A DNA stretch of 64,000 bases from Lentisphaerota bacterium (GCA_012514035.1 JAAZBB010000015.1:31077-95076), one strand, 5' to 3'. Counted from the first letter of the stretch, positions 1 through 8,996 are shown. Program-made: numbers and translations. The notes: generated by a model from the sequence alone, not told the origin.

Positions 1-2
1 TC

Positions 3-158
3 ACGCTCGCCGATTTTCACCGCCTGCTGGATTCGTCTTCCGCGCCTGAGCCCGTGAAACAGCGCCTGCGGAAACTGGACGTGTGCTCCTATACCGGACT
101 GGCCGCGCGCATCTGCCGCGATGTTGTGACCGCCGCCGAGCAGGAGGTTCCGGATTGA
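3..158 (+). CDS. 3' end of an unidentified upstream gene (partial; continues left of window)
   Basis: Open frame from the window edge to a TGA at 156-158 that overlaps the purD TTG start (TTGA). The 51-aa tail has no recognisable family. Confidence 0.3.
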   Translation, partial: TLADFHRLLDSSSAPEPVKQRLRKLDVCSYTGLAARICRDVVTAAEQEVPD

Positions 159-1396
159 AGATTGCCGTCATCGGCCGCGGCGGGCGGGAACACGCCCTCG
201 CCTGGAAGCTGGCGCAAAGCGCCGGAACCGGCAACGTGTACTGCTTGCCCGGCAACGGCGGGACCCCGAACAACCGCCCCGTCGCCGAACACGATTATCC
301 GGCCATCCGCGCATTTTGCGCGGCCGAGGGCGTCGAACTTGTCGTCGTGGGGCCCGAGGCCCCGCTGGCCGGCGGCATCGTGGACGCGCTGGGAGGCGGG
401 CGCTTCCGGATTTTCGGTCCGTCGCACGCGGCGGCCCGTCTGGAGGCATCCAAGACGTGGGCCAAGCAGTTCATGCTGCGCCACGGCATCGCCACCGCCG
501 TTGGCGCTTTTTTTTCGTCTCCGCGCGCCGCGAGCCCGCACGTCCGCGCTCAGCCGGGCGGCATGGTGGTCAAGTACAGCGGTCTCGCCGCCGGCAAGGG
601 TGTATTCATCTGCAGCACCCCCGGCGCCGCGCTTGACGCCTTGAAGAAAATCGAAGCCCGCCACGGCGCGGACGCCCCCGTCGTGGTCGAGGAATTGCTG
701 GAAGGTCCCGAGGTCTCCGTCATGGGTCTCACCGACGGCCGGACCATCCAGTTGCTTCCGCCGTCGCGCGACCACAAGCGCCTGCTCGACGGGGACCGCG
801 GCCCCAACACCGGCGGCATGGGGGCCTACACACCCGTGCCCGACGTGGACGCGGCCACCATGGCGGAAATCCACCGGACCATCATCGCCCCTACGCTCGC
901 GGGGCTGGCCAAGGACGGTATCGAGTACCGCGGCTTCCTGTATTTCGGCCTGATGCTGACTGCCGCGGGGCCGAAGCTGCTGGAGTACAACGCGCGGCTG
1001 GGCGATCCGGAAACCGAGGTGCTGCTGCCCGCGCTTGACGGCGATCTGCTGGCGCCGATTCTGGCCTGCTTCGACGGTACGCTGGAGAAGCACCCTTTGG
1101 CCGCCAGACCCGGCGCGGTTCTCGATGTCGTGCTCGCGGCCGGCGGCTATCCGGGCGACATCCGCAAGGGCGATCCAATCACCGGAATTGAACAGGCTGA
1201 CGCGCTGGTGTTCCACACGGGCACCGCAATCCAGAACGGCCAGCTCGTCACCTCCGGCGGGCGCGTGCTGAACGTGGTCGCCCACGGCGCCGACCTCGAA
1301 TCTGCACGCCGCAAGGTCTATGCCGCGTGCGGGAAAATCCATTTTGAAGGCATGCAGTATCGCACCGACATCGGGCAGGGGAGGGCGTCGGCGTGA
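155..1396 (+). CDS. purD: phosphoribosylamine--glycine ligase
   Basis: Translation LKIAVIGRGGREHALAWKLAQS... has the ATP-grasp PurD N-terminus. Start inferred as TTG 155 inside the longer track ORF 83..1396. The stop overlaps the purN start. Confidence 0.88.
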   Translation: MKIAVIGRGGREHALAWKLAQSAGTGNVYCLPGNGGTPNNRPVAEHDYPAIRAFCAAEGVELVVVGPEAPLAGGIVDALGGGRFRIFGPSHAAARLEASKTWAKQFMLRHGIATAVGAFFSSPRAASPHVRAQPGGMVVKYSGLAAGKGVFICSTPGAALDALKKIEARHGADAPVVVEELLEGPEVSVMGLTDGRTIQLLPPSRDHKRLLDGDRGPNTGGMGAYTPVPDVDAATMAEIHRTIIAPTLAGLAKDGIEYRGFLYFGLMLTAAGPKLLEYNARLGDPETEVLLPALDGDLLAPILACFDGTLEKHPLAARPGAVLDVVLAAGGYPGDIRKGDPITGIEQADALVFHTGTAIQNGQLVTSGGRVLNVVAHGADLESARRKVYAACGKIHFEGMQYRTDIGQGRASA

Positions 1397-2007
1397 TTCC
1401 GCGCATCGCCATCCTGATATCCGGCCGCGGCAGCAACATGGTCGCGCTGGCCGAAAGCGTGTGTAGCGGGGTGCTGGCCGGGTGCTGCGAAATCGCGGCT
1501 GTGATCTCGAGCCGCCCCGGCGTTCCGGGGCTTGCCAAGGCGCAGGAACTGGGCCTGCCGATCGTCGCGCTCGACGCCCGCGCCTTGGGCAAGGAAGCCT
1601 ATGACGCCGCCTTGCTGCTGGCCCTGGAACAGGCCCGCGCCGACGTGGTTGTGTTGGCCGGATACCTGCGCATTGTTTCGCCGCGGGTGGTCGCAAAATA
1701 CCGCGGCCGGATTTTGAACATCCACCCGGCCGACACGAAGCTCCACCAAGGACTCCACGGCTACGAGTGGGCCTTCGCCAACGAATTGGCTGCGACGAAA
1801 ATCACCGTCCATCTCGTGGACGAAGGCCTCGACACCGGCCCCGTCCTCGCGCAGCGCGAGGTGGATCTCCGCGGCACAGGCATCCTCGAAGAAGTCGAGC
1901 GCCGCGGCCTCGCCGTCGAACACCGGCTTTATCCCGAAGCCTTGAAAACCTTTTTAACTACGAATTACCCGAATTTCGCGAATGGAACCCCATCCTGTGA
2001 ATCCTGA
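1393..2007 (+). CDS. purN: phosphoribosylglycinamide formyltransferase
   Basis: IAILISGRGSNM...HPADTKLHQGLHGYEWA is the PurN family. GTG start overlaps the purD stop (GTGA). The last ~17 codons are encoded by the CGAATT/ATCCTG repeat element. Confidence 0.85.
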   Translation: MIPRIAILISGRGSNMVALAESVCSGVLAGCCEIAAVISSRPGVPGLAKAQELGLPIVALDARALGKEAYDAALLLALEQARADVVVLAGYLRIVSPRVVAKYRGRILNIHPADTKLHQGLHGYEWAFANELAATKITVHLVDEGLDTGPVLAQREVDLRGTGILEEVERRGLAVEHRLYPEALKTFLTTNYPNFANGTPSCES

Positions 2008-2042
2008 ACCATCCTGTAATCCTGTCTAAAAAAAATATAATT

Positions 2043-3476
2043 ATGTGTGGAATCCTGGGCATCATCGGACACGACGACATCGCCGGCACGCTGCTGGAGG
2101 GCCTGACAGCGATCCAGCACCGCGGCCAGGACGCCGCCGGCATTGTCACCTTCAACCACCGCTTTCACCTGCACAAGGCCGACGGGCTCGTCAGCCAGGC
2201 CTTCAAAAAGGTGGACCTGGCGCGGTTTTCCGGCCGGATCGGGCTGGGTCACGTGCGCTACGCCACGCAGGGCTCGACCGACGTGCTCGATGCGCAGCCG
2301 ACGGTGGTGATGTATCCCTTCGGCCTTGCGATGGTCCACAACGGCAACGTTGTCAACTTCAGCCAGCTCAAGCAGACGCTCTGCGAGGATGCCCACCGTC
2401 TGCTGGACACATCCAACGACGTGGCCCTGATCCTCTACGCCCTCGCTGCCGCGCTTGAAACCAAGAATCTGAAAGCTCTGACTCCCGACGCCATTTTCGA
2501 TTCGGTGCAGGCGGTGCAGGACAAGGTGCAGGGCGCGTATTCGGCGCTGACGATCATCGCTGGCCACGGTCTGCTGGCCTTCACCGATCCCCACGGCATC
2601 CGGCCGCTGGTGCTCGGCCGCAAGTACACCGACCGCGGCATGGTCTACGCCTTTGCCTCGGAAACCGACTGTTTCGATTATCTCGGCTTCGAGCTGATGC
2701 GCGACCTGCGGCCCGGCGAGGCCGTGCTGATCGACACCGCCGGCAAGGTCCACAGCCGGATCTGCCGCGCTGGACCGCAGGCCTTCTGCGTGTTCGAGTA
2801 CATCTACTTTGCGCGCGAGGATTCGGTGATCAACGGACGGCTGGTGGCCAGCGAACGCGTGTGCCTCGGCCGGCAGCTCGCCGAGCAGGTCCGCAAGGCG
2901 GGGCTCCAGCCCGACATTGTGATTGATGTGCCCGCGTCGGCCTATTTCTTCGCCTCCGGAATGGCAGAGGCGCTGGGCGTGCCTTACCGCCGCGGGCTCG
3001 CCAAGAACAACCACATCGGCCGCAGCTTCATCGTGCCGAACCAGGCGCGCCGCGAAAAAATCGTGCGCCAGAAGCTCAACCCGCTCAAGGATGTTGTGCG
3101 TGGCCGAAAGGTGGCGGTTGTGGACGACTCGATCGTGCGCGGCACGACCTCGAAGCACATCGTCAAGCTTCTGCGCGAGAGCGGCGCCGCCGAAATCTAC
3201 TTCGTTTCCGCGGCGCCGCCGATCACGTGCCCCTGCATCTACGGCATCGACATGTCCGTCAAACGGGAGATCATCGCCGCCCATTACGATCCCAGGCAGA
3301 TCGCCCGCTATCTCGAAGCCGACGCCGTCATCTACCAGTCGCTCGACGACCTGCGCGCGCGCTACTGCGATCTGCCCTGCTGCTATGCCTGCTTTTCGGG
3401 CGAGTATCCCACCGGCGCATCGGAGGAAGTCCTCAAGCAATTCGAACAGGAGAAGGAATGCTCCGCCCGGATCTAG
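2043..3476 (+). CDS. purF: amidophosphoribosyltransferase
   Basis: MCGILGIIGHDD... with Ntn-hydrolase Cys2 and a PRTase domain (VVDDSIVRGTT). Confidence 0.95.
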   Translation: MCGILGIIGHDDIAGTLLEGLTAIQHRGQDAAGIVTFNHRFHLHKADGLVSQAFKKVDLARFSGRIGLGHVRYATQGSTDVLDAQPTVVMYPFGLAMVHNGNVVNFSQLKQTLCEDAHRLLDTSNDVALILYALAAALETKNLKALTPDAIFDSVQAVQDKVQGAYSALTIIAGHGLLAFTDPHGIRPLVLGRKYTDRGMVYAFASETDCFDYLGFELMRDLRPGEAVLIDTAGKVHSRICRAGPQAFCVFEYIYFAREDSVINGRLVASERVCLGRQLAEQVRKAGLQPDIVIDVPASAYFFASGMAEALGVPYRRGLAKNNHIGRSFIVPNQARREKIVRQKLNPLKDVVRGRKVAVVDDSIVRGTTSKHIVKLLRESGAAEIYFVSAAPPITCPCIYGIDMSVKREIIAAHYDPRQIARYLEADAVIYQSLDDLRARYCDLPCCYACFSGEYPTGASEEVLKQFEQEKECSARI

Positions 3477-5329
3477 AACACATCGCCGTCCTCGATTTCG
3501 GCGGGCAGTACGCGCACCTGATCGCGAACCGCGTGCGCGGGCTGGGCGTCTACTGCACCGTGCTGCCGCCCGAGAATTTTCGGCCGGGCGCCGATCCGCG
3601 CCTCGCCGGCCTGATCCTCTCCGGCGGCCCGCAGTCGGTGTCCGCCGACCACGTGGCCCTGATGCAGCCCCGGCTCGCGGGCTTCACCAAGCCGATCCTC
3701 GGGATTTGCTTCGGCCACCAGTTGCTCGCCAAACTGTTCGGCGGCGGCCTCGCCCGCGGCCGCGAACGGCAGTACGGTCCCACACCCATCCGCTGCGATC
3801 CGAGGACGCGGCTCTTTCATGAATTGCCGGCGGAGCAATTGGTTTGGATGAGCCACGGCGACCACGTCGCCCAGCTGCCGGACGGCTTCCGTGCCACGGC
3901 GTCAGCCCCCACGTGCGCCATTGCGGCCTACGAGGCGGAAGGCCGCCCCGTCTTCGGCCTGCAGTTCCATCCCGAAGTCGTCCACACCCCCCATGGCAGC
4001 GCCATGCTCAGGAATTTCCTCGAATTGTGCGCCATCCGCACGCCATGGATCCCCGAAAGCATGAAGCAACGCGTCATCGGGCAGACCCGCCAGGCGGCCG
4101 GAGATGCCATGCTCTTCCTGCTGGTCTCCGGCGGCGTGGATTCGCTGGTGACGTTGCAGGTATGCATCGCGGCCGTCGGTGCCGACCGCGTCCGCTCACT
4201 GCACGTGGACACCGGCCTGATGCGCCTCGGCGAGTCGGATGACATCCTGAAATTCCTCGCCGCCGAAGGCTTCCGCAACATCGAAATCGAACGCGCCGAG
4301 CCGGTCTTTTTGCGCGAGCTCGCCGGCGTGGCCGACCCGGAGCAAAAGCGCGCCATCATCGGCCGCCTGTTTGTCGAAGTCCTGCGGAAGAAATTGCAGG
4401 CGCTGAACCTCGGCGACAACTGGAAACTGGTGCAGGGCACGATCTATCCCGACACCATCGAAAGCGGTGGCACCCCGAACGCCGCCAAGATCAAGACTCA
4501 CCACAACCGCGTGCCGGAAATCCAGGCCATGATCGAGCGCGGACTCGTCGTCGAACCCCTGCGCGAACTCTACAAGGACGAGGTCCGCCGGCTCGGCCGC
4601 GAACTCGGCTTGCCGCAGGCCCTGCTCGACCGCCATCCGTTCCCCGGCCCCGGCCTTGGCATCCGCCTGCTCTGCCACGACGGCCAAACGCCAGTGCCCC
4701 CGGAATTCGCCGATCAGCCGCGGCTTGACCACATTTTGCAGTCTGGAGCCGGGACGCCCTCGTCCCGGAAATCTAAATCCACCCGACGAGGGCGTCGGGT
4801 CTCCATTTTGCAAGGCCGCATCCTGCCGGTGAAGAGCGTCGGCGTGCAGGGCGACGAACGCTCCTACCGCCATCCGGCCGTGATCTGGAACCCGGCCGGC
4901 AAACTTCCGGATTGGCCAATGCTCAACACCCTCGCCAACCGGCTCGTCAACGAATTGGCCGACATCAACCGCGTCGTGCTCTGCCTCGACGACCTGACCC
5001 GCGAGCACTTCGAGCTGCGCAAAATGTTCGTCACCCGCGAAGGACTTGATCGGTTGCGCCGGGTGGACGACCTCCTGCACAGTTGCATCGCGCACATCCC
5101 GGAAATCTGGCAGGCGCCGGTCATATCGCTGCCGCTGTTCGACCGGCAGGGCAACCAGGCTTTCGTGCTGCGTCCGGTCTGCTCGAAGGATGCCATGACG
5201 GCCGACGTGTATCCCATCGCTTTCGATTTGCTGGCCGAGCTGGCTGAAAAAGTCCGCGCCGTGCCTGGCGCCGGGCACCTCTTCTACGACCTGACCACCA
5301 AACCGCCGGGGACCATCGAATGGGAATGA
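3458..5329 (+). CDS. guaA: GMP synthase (glutamine-hydrolysing), long form with duplicated C-terminal dimerisation-like region
   Basis: Class I GATase (GICFGHQLL, HPEV), PP-loop SGGVDS, C-terminal KPPGTIEWE. ATG 3458 overlaps the purF 3' end by 19 nt. 623 aa against a typical ~520. Confidence 0.88.
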   Translation: MLRPDLEHIAVLDFGGQYAHLIANRVRGLGVYCTVLPPENFRPGADPRLAGLILSGGPQSVSADHVALMQPRLAGFTKPILGICFGHQLLAKLFGGGLARGRERQYGPTPIRCDPRTRLFHELPAEQLVWMSHGDHVAQLPDGFRATASAPTCAIAAYEAEGRPVFGLQFHPEVVHTPHGSAMLRNFLELCAIRTPWIPESMKQRVIGQTRQAAGDAMLFLLVSGGVDSLVTLQVCIAAVGADRVRSLHVDTGLMRLGESDDILKFLAAEGFRNIEIERAEPVFLRELAGVADPEQKRAIIGRLFVEVLRKKLQALNLGDNWKLVQGTIYPDTIESGGTPNAAKIKTHHNRVPEIQAMIERGLVVEPLRELYKDEVRRLGRELGLPQALLDRHPFPGPGLGIRLLCHDGQTPVPPEFADQPRLDHILQSGAGTPSSRKSKSTRRGRRVSILQGRILPVKSVGVQGDERSYRHPAVIWNPAGKLPDWPMLNTLANRLVNELADINRVVLCLDDLTREHFELRKMFVTREGLDRLRRVDDLLHSCIAHIPEIWQAPVISLPLFDRQGNQAFVLRPVCSKDAMTADVYPIAFDLLAELAEKVRAVPGAGHLFYDLTTKPPGTIEWE

Positions 5330-6663
5330 AGTTTCAAATCCGAAATGCCTGCTGGCTCGGCGACGACGCCTGGTTCCACCACGGCACAATTTCCATCGCG
5401 AACGGTCGCATCATGAAGCTGGAGAGCGACTTTGCCAGCGACACGCCATCCGCCGGCGAATTCATTGTGCCGGGGCTGATCGATGCCCACGTCCACCTGC
5501 GCGAGCCGGGGCAACCCTACAAGGAAGGCATCGCCAACGGGACGCTCGCCGCGCTCAAGGGCGGCGTGACCACCGTGCTCAACATGCCCAACAACGTGCC
5601 GCCGACCGCCTCCCTCGCGCGGCTCGAAGCCAAGCGCGCGCTGTTCGCCCAAAAATCGCGCGTCAACTACGGCCTGTTTTTGCAGGCCCGCATCGGCGGC
5701 CCGCGCGCGCCGGAGAGTGCCGCCGGCGTCAAGATCTACATGGCCAAATCGTCCGCCCTGGCCGCGGTCCGCGACCCCGCCGCTCTCGCCCAGATCTTCC
5801 GCCTTCAGAACCGCGTGGTCGTCCACGCCGAGGACGAGCGGGAGTTTTCCACAGGGTGGAAAAAAAGTTTCCACAGGGTGGAAAAAACGGGCGAAATTTT
5901 CCACAGTGTGGAAAAAAGTTTTCCACAGTGTGGAAAACTTCCCCATCACCTGCGCCGGCCGCGGGCGGCGGTGGTTGCGGCCTTGCAGAGCATCGCCACG
6001 GCCTGGCGGCGGGTGCCACCGAAAGAGCGGCCGCGGCTGGTCATCGCCCATTGCAGCACCGTCGAGGAAATCGACTGGGTGCGGAAGATGAAGCGGCAAG
6101 GCCACGACGTTTGGGCCGAAACCTGCCCGCACTATTTCCTGTTCACCGAACAGGATGATCGCGCGCGCGGCCCGGCATTGCAGGTGAATCCGCCGCTGCG
6201 GACCGAAGAAGACCGCGCGGCGGTTTTTGCGGCGGTGCAAGACGGCGGCATTGATTTCATCTCGACCGATCACGCGCCGCATTTGCCGAAGGAAAAGGCG
6301 GCGGACTCGCCGCCGTCGGGCATCGCGGGCCTGGAATGGTTCGGGCCGGTTTTGCTGACGCTGACCATGCGCGGGGAAATCTCGTGGCAGCGCTACCTAA
6401 AGCTGGCCGGCCAAAAGGCCGCGCAGTGCTACGGGATCGAAGGCCGCGGGCTGGTGCGCGAAGGCGCTTGGGCCGATCTGGCGATCGTGGCGAACAAGCC
6501 GCCGGCGGCGGCCCAGGAAAAAATCGTGACCCGTGCAGCGGTTCACCCCTATCCGCAGTTCGAATTCGCCGTCGGCATTCGGGCTACGCTGGTCAACGGA
6601 CGGCTGGCATGGACGGATGGGCGCGTGCGACCCGGCGTACACGGCAGGGAGGTGTATGGGTGA
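5320..6663 (+). CDS. pyrC: dihydroorotase (amidohydrolase superfamily)
   Basis: DAHVHLREPG HxH motif, VHAEDE, TCPHYF, STDHAPH. Sits in pyrimidine gene context. Carries an in-frame AT-rich tandem repeat at 5845-5938. Confidence 0.8.
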   Translation: MGMKFQIRNACWLGDDAWFHHGTISIANGRIMKLESDFASDTPSAGEFIVPGLIDAHVHLREPGQPYKEGIANGTLAALKGGVTTVLNMPNNVPPTASLARLEAKRALFAQKSRVNYGLFLQARIGGPRAPESAAGVKIYMAKSSALAAVRDPAALAQIFRLQNRVVVHAEDEREFSTGWKKSFHRVEKTGEIFHSVEKSFPQCGKLPHHLRRPRAAVVAALQSIATAWRRVPPKERPRLVIAHCSTVEEIDWVRKMKRQGHDVWAETCPHYFLFTEQDDRARGPALQVNPPLRTEEDRAAVFAAVQDGGIDFISTDHAPHLPKEKAADSPPSGIAGLEWFGPVLLTLTMRGEISWQRYLKLAGQKAAQCYGIEGRGLVREGAWADLAIVANKPPAAAQEKIVTRAAVHPYPQFEFAVGIRATLVNGRLAWTDGRVRPGVHGREVYG

Positions 6664-7280
6664 AGACCGACACGCGGCAATTTGTTCAGTTTCTCGTGGA
6701 CAGCGGCTGCCTGAAGTTTGGCGACTTCCAGCTCAAGTCCGGCGACCGTTCGCCGTTCTTCGTCAATCTCGGTCAGGCCGACAGCGGGGCCAAGCTGGAC
6801 GTACTCGGCCGTGCGCTGGCCGCGGCGGCGGCCGCGGCGTTTCCGCAGGCGACGCTGCTGTTCGGGCCGGCCTATAAGGGCATTGCGCTGGCGGTGGCCA
6901 CGGCGGCCGCGGCGTGGCGGCACCACAACCGCGATTTCCGGTTTTTCTACGACCGCAAGGAGGCCAAGACGCACGGTGAGCGCGGGCTGTTCATCGGGCA
7001 TCTGCCCCAGCCCGGCGAGGCGGTGGTGTTGGTGGACGACGTGCTGAGCGACGGCGGTACCAAGGTGGCGGCCATGGCGGCGATCGAAGCCGCGTTCCAG
7101 ACCCGCCCCGTCGGCATCGTGGTGGCCGTAGACCGGCGCCGGCGCGCCACGCCGCTGCCCACAGGCCTGCCTCCCGTGGCGGCGGTCGTTACGCTGCCCG
7201 ACCTGTGCGACTACCTCGCCGAGACCGGCGACGCCGTCCGCCTGAACGCCATGCAAAAATTTTACGAAGGAGAAAAGTGA
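6660..7280 (+). CDS. pyrE: orotate phosphoribosyltransferase
   Basis: FVQFLVDSGCLKFGDFQLKSGDRSPFFVN...VLVDDVLSDGGT PRTase motif. Start inferred as GTG 6660 overlapping the pyrC stop. Confidence 0.82.
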   Translation: MKTDTRQFVQFLVDSGCLKFGDFQLKSGDRSPFFVNLGQADSGAKLDVLGRALAAAAAAAFPQATLLFGPAYKGIALAVATAAAAWRHHNRDFRFFYDRKEAKTHGERGLFIGHLPQPGEAVVLVDDVLSDGGTKVAAMAAIEAAFQTRPVGIVVAVDRRRRATPLPTGLPPVAAVVTLPDLCDYLAETGDAVRLNAMQKFYEGEK

Positions 7281-8032
7281 TGGCCAAGCAATACAAAATC
7301 ATTCCTGCGCTCGACACGGCCGACCTCGGCGCGGCGCTGCGGCTGGTGTGCCGCGTGGCGGGGCGCGAATCCGTCTACGGTTTCAAGCTGGGCTTCGCGC
7401 TGGGGCTGGGCCATGGCCTGCCCGAGACCGTCCGGCGCATTCGCGAGTGGACCGACAAGCCCCTGATCTACGACCACCAGAAGGCGGCCACCGACATTCC
7501 AGACACGGGTGCGCTTTTCGGCGACGTGATGAAAACGGCCGGCATCAACGAGGTGATCCTGTTTCCGCATACGGGCCCGCGCACGCTCGCGGCGTGGACG
7601 CAGGCGCTGCAGGAACGGGATCTCAAGGTCATTGTCGGCGCGGTGATGACGCATCCGGCCTATCTGGTATCGGAAGGCGGGTTCATCGCCGACGCGGCCG
7701 CGGCGGCGATCTGCAAGCAAGCGGCGGGATTGGGTGTAGCGGCGTTCGTGGTGCCGCTGACCAAGCCGGAAGTCGTGGCCAAATTGGCGCAGGAGGTGCC
7801 CTTCACGGTCCAGCAGGAATTCTACTCGCCGGGCTTCGGCGCGCAGAAAGGCGACCCGGCGCGGTTTCCAATGCTGGCCAGGCATTACCTGATCATGGGC
7901 CGGTCGCTGCTTGCCGCCGCGGACCCGGCGAAGGAACTGGCCAACACCGAAAAACAACTGGGAATAGGAGAGGCGACAGGATCCACAGGATGGACAGGGA
8001 TAAAAGCAGGATCGAAATCCTGTACATCCTGA
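7280..8032 (+). CDS. pyrF: orotidine 5'-phosphate decarboxylase
   Basis: IIPALDTADL...LIYDHQKAATDIPDTG (D-x-K-x-x-D-I-P-x-T motif). ATG overlaps the pyrE stop. C-terminal tail is encoded by the CAGGAT/ATCCTG repeat block. Confidence 0.75.
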   Translation: MAKQYKIIPALDTADLGAALRLVCRVAGRESVYGFKLGFALGLGHGLPETVRRIREWTDKPLIYDHQKAATDIPDTGALFGDVMKTAGINEVILFPHTGPRTLAAWTQALQERDLKVIVGAVMTHPAYLVSEGGFIADAAAAAICKQAAGLGVAAFVVPLTKPEVVAKLAQEVPFTVQQEFYSPGFGAQKGDPARFPMLARHYLIMGRSLLAAADPAKELANTEKQLGIGEATGSTGWTGIKAGSKSCTS

Positions 8033-8060
8033 TCATCCTGCAATCCTGTCTAGAACGAAT

Positions 8061-8996
8061 ATGAAAAAAGACCTGATCTCGATTGACGACCTGCGGCTGG
8101 AGCAGATTCTGAACTATCTCGACCTCGCGGCGCGGGTGGCGGCGATTCCGGACGCGGAAAAGTTCCGTTTCCTGCCGGGGCGGATTCTGGCGACGCTGTT
8201 CTTCGAGCCCAGCACGCGCACACGGCTGAGCTTTGAATCGGCCATGACCCGGCTCGGGGGACGGGTCATCGGGTTTTCGGAGGCGGCGGGCTCCTCGACG
8301 GCCAAGGGCGAATCGTTCTCCGACACGATCCGGACAGTGGAGCAGTATGCCGATATCATCGCAGTGCGGCACCCGAAGGAGGGCACAGCGCGGCGGGCGG
8401 CCGAGATCAGCCGCCTGCCGATCCTCAACGCCGGCGACGGCGCGAACCAGCACCCGACCCAGACGCTGCTGGACCTCTACACGATACGCAAGTTCTTCGG
8501 CCAGGTGGACGGCCTGCGGATCGCATTGGTGGGGGATTTGAAATATTCGCGCACGATCCATTCGCTGTGCCGGGCGCTGCTGATGTTCGACGGGGTGGCC
8601 ATGACCCTGGTGTCGCCCGAGAGCTTGAAACTGCCCGGCTACCTGCTGAAGGCGGCCAAAGGAACAACGGCCACCTTCCGCGAGACCAGCAGCCTGGAGG
8701 AGGCCATCCGCGAAACCGATCTCGTCTACATGACCCGCATTCAGAAGGAGCGTTTTCCCGACGTGGTGGAGTACGAAAAGGTCAAGGATGCCTATGTGCT
8801 GGAGGCCGGAATGCTCGCCGGCGTACCGGCCCGCTTCAAGGTGCTGCATCCGCTGCCGCGGGTGAACGAGATTTCGCCGGACGTGGACGCCACGCCGCAT
8901 GCGGGCTATTTCGAGCAGGCCCGCAACGGCGTGATCATGCGCGAGGCCCTGATCCTCGACTTGCTCGATGCCCGGCCGGCAAGGAGCACGCCATGA
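8061..8996 (+). CDS. pyrB: aspartate carbamoyltransferase catalytic subunit
   Basis: STRTRLSFE, HPTQTLLDLYTI and HPLP motifs. Confidence 0.95.
   Translation: MKKDLISIDDLRLEQILNYLDLAARVAAIPDAEKFRFLPGRILATLFFEPSTRTRLSFESAMTRLGGRVIGFSEAAGSSTAKGESFSDTIRTVEQYADIIAVRHPKEGTARRAAEISRLPILNAGDGANQHPTQTLLDLYTIRKFFGQVDGLRIALVGDLKYSRTIHSLCRALLMFDGVAMTLVSPESLKLPGYLLKAAKGTTATFRETSSLEEAIRETDLVYMTRIQKERFPDVVEYEKVKDAYVLEAGMLAGVPARFKVLHPLPRVNEISPDVDATPHAGYFEQARNGVIMREALILDLLDARPARSTP

Noticed and set aside
89-1696. 535-aa minus-strand ORF antisense to purD/purN. Similar long antisense ORFs occur at 1965..3440, 4196..5389, 5284..6282, 19828..20994, 23202..24458, 40662..42125, 49903..51597, 52935..55541 and 14914..16701.
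   Set aside because: High-GC shadow ORFs lying opposite well-supported genes. Translations are Arg/Pro/Gly-rich with no family signatures.
3227-3457. Upstream extension of the guaA track ORF (MPLHLRHRHVRQTGD…).
   Set aside because: It lies in the purF coding region in another frame. The GuaA homology begins at MLRPDLEHIAVLDFGG (ATG 3458).
5845-5938. Possibility that the 4x tandem repeat is a CRISPR array.
   Set aside because: Units are contiguous with no unique spacers, there are only four, they sit inside a coding sequence, and no cas genes are nearby.
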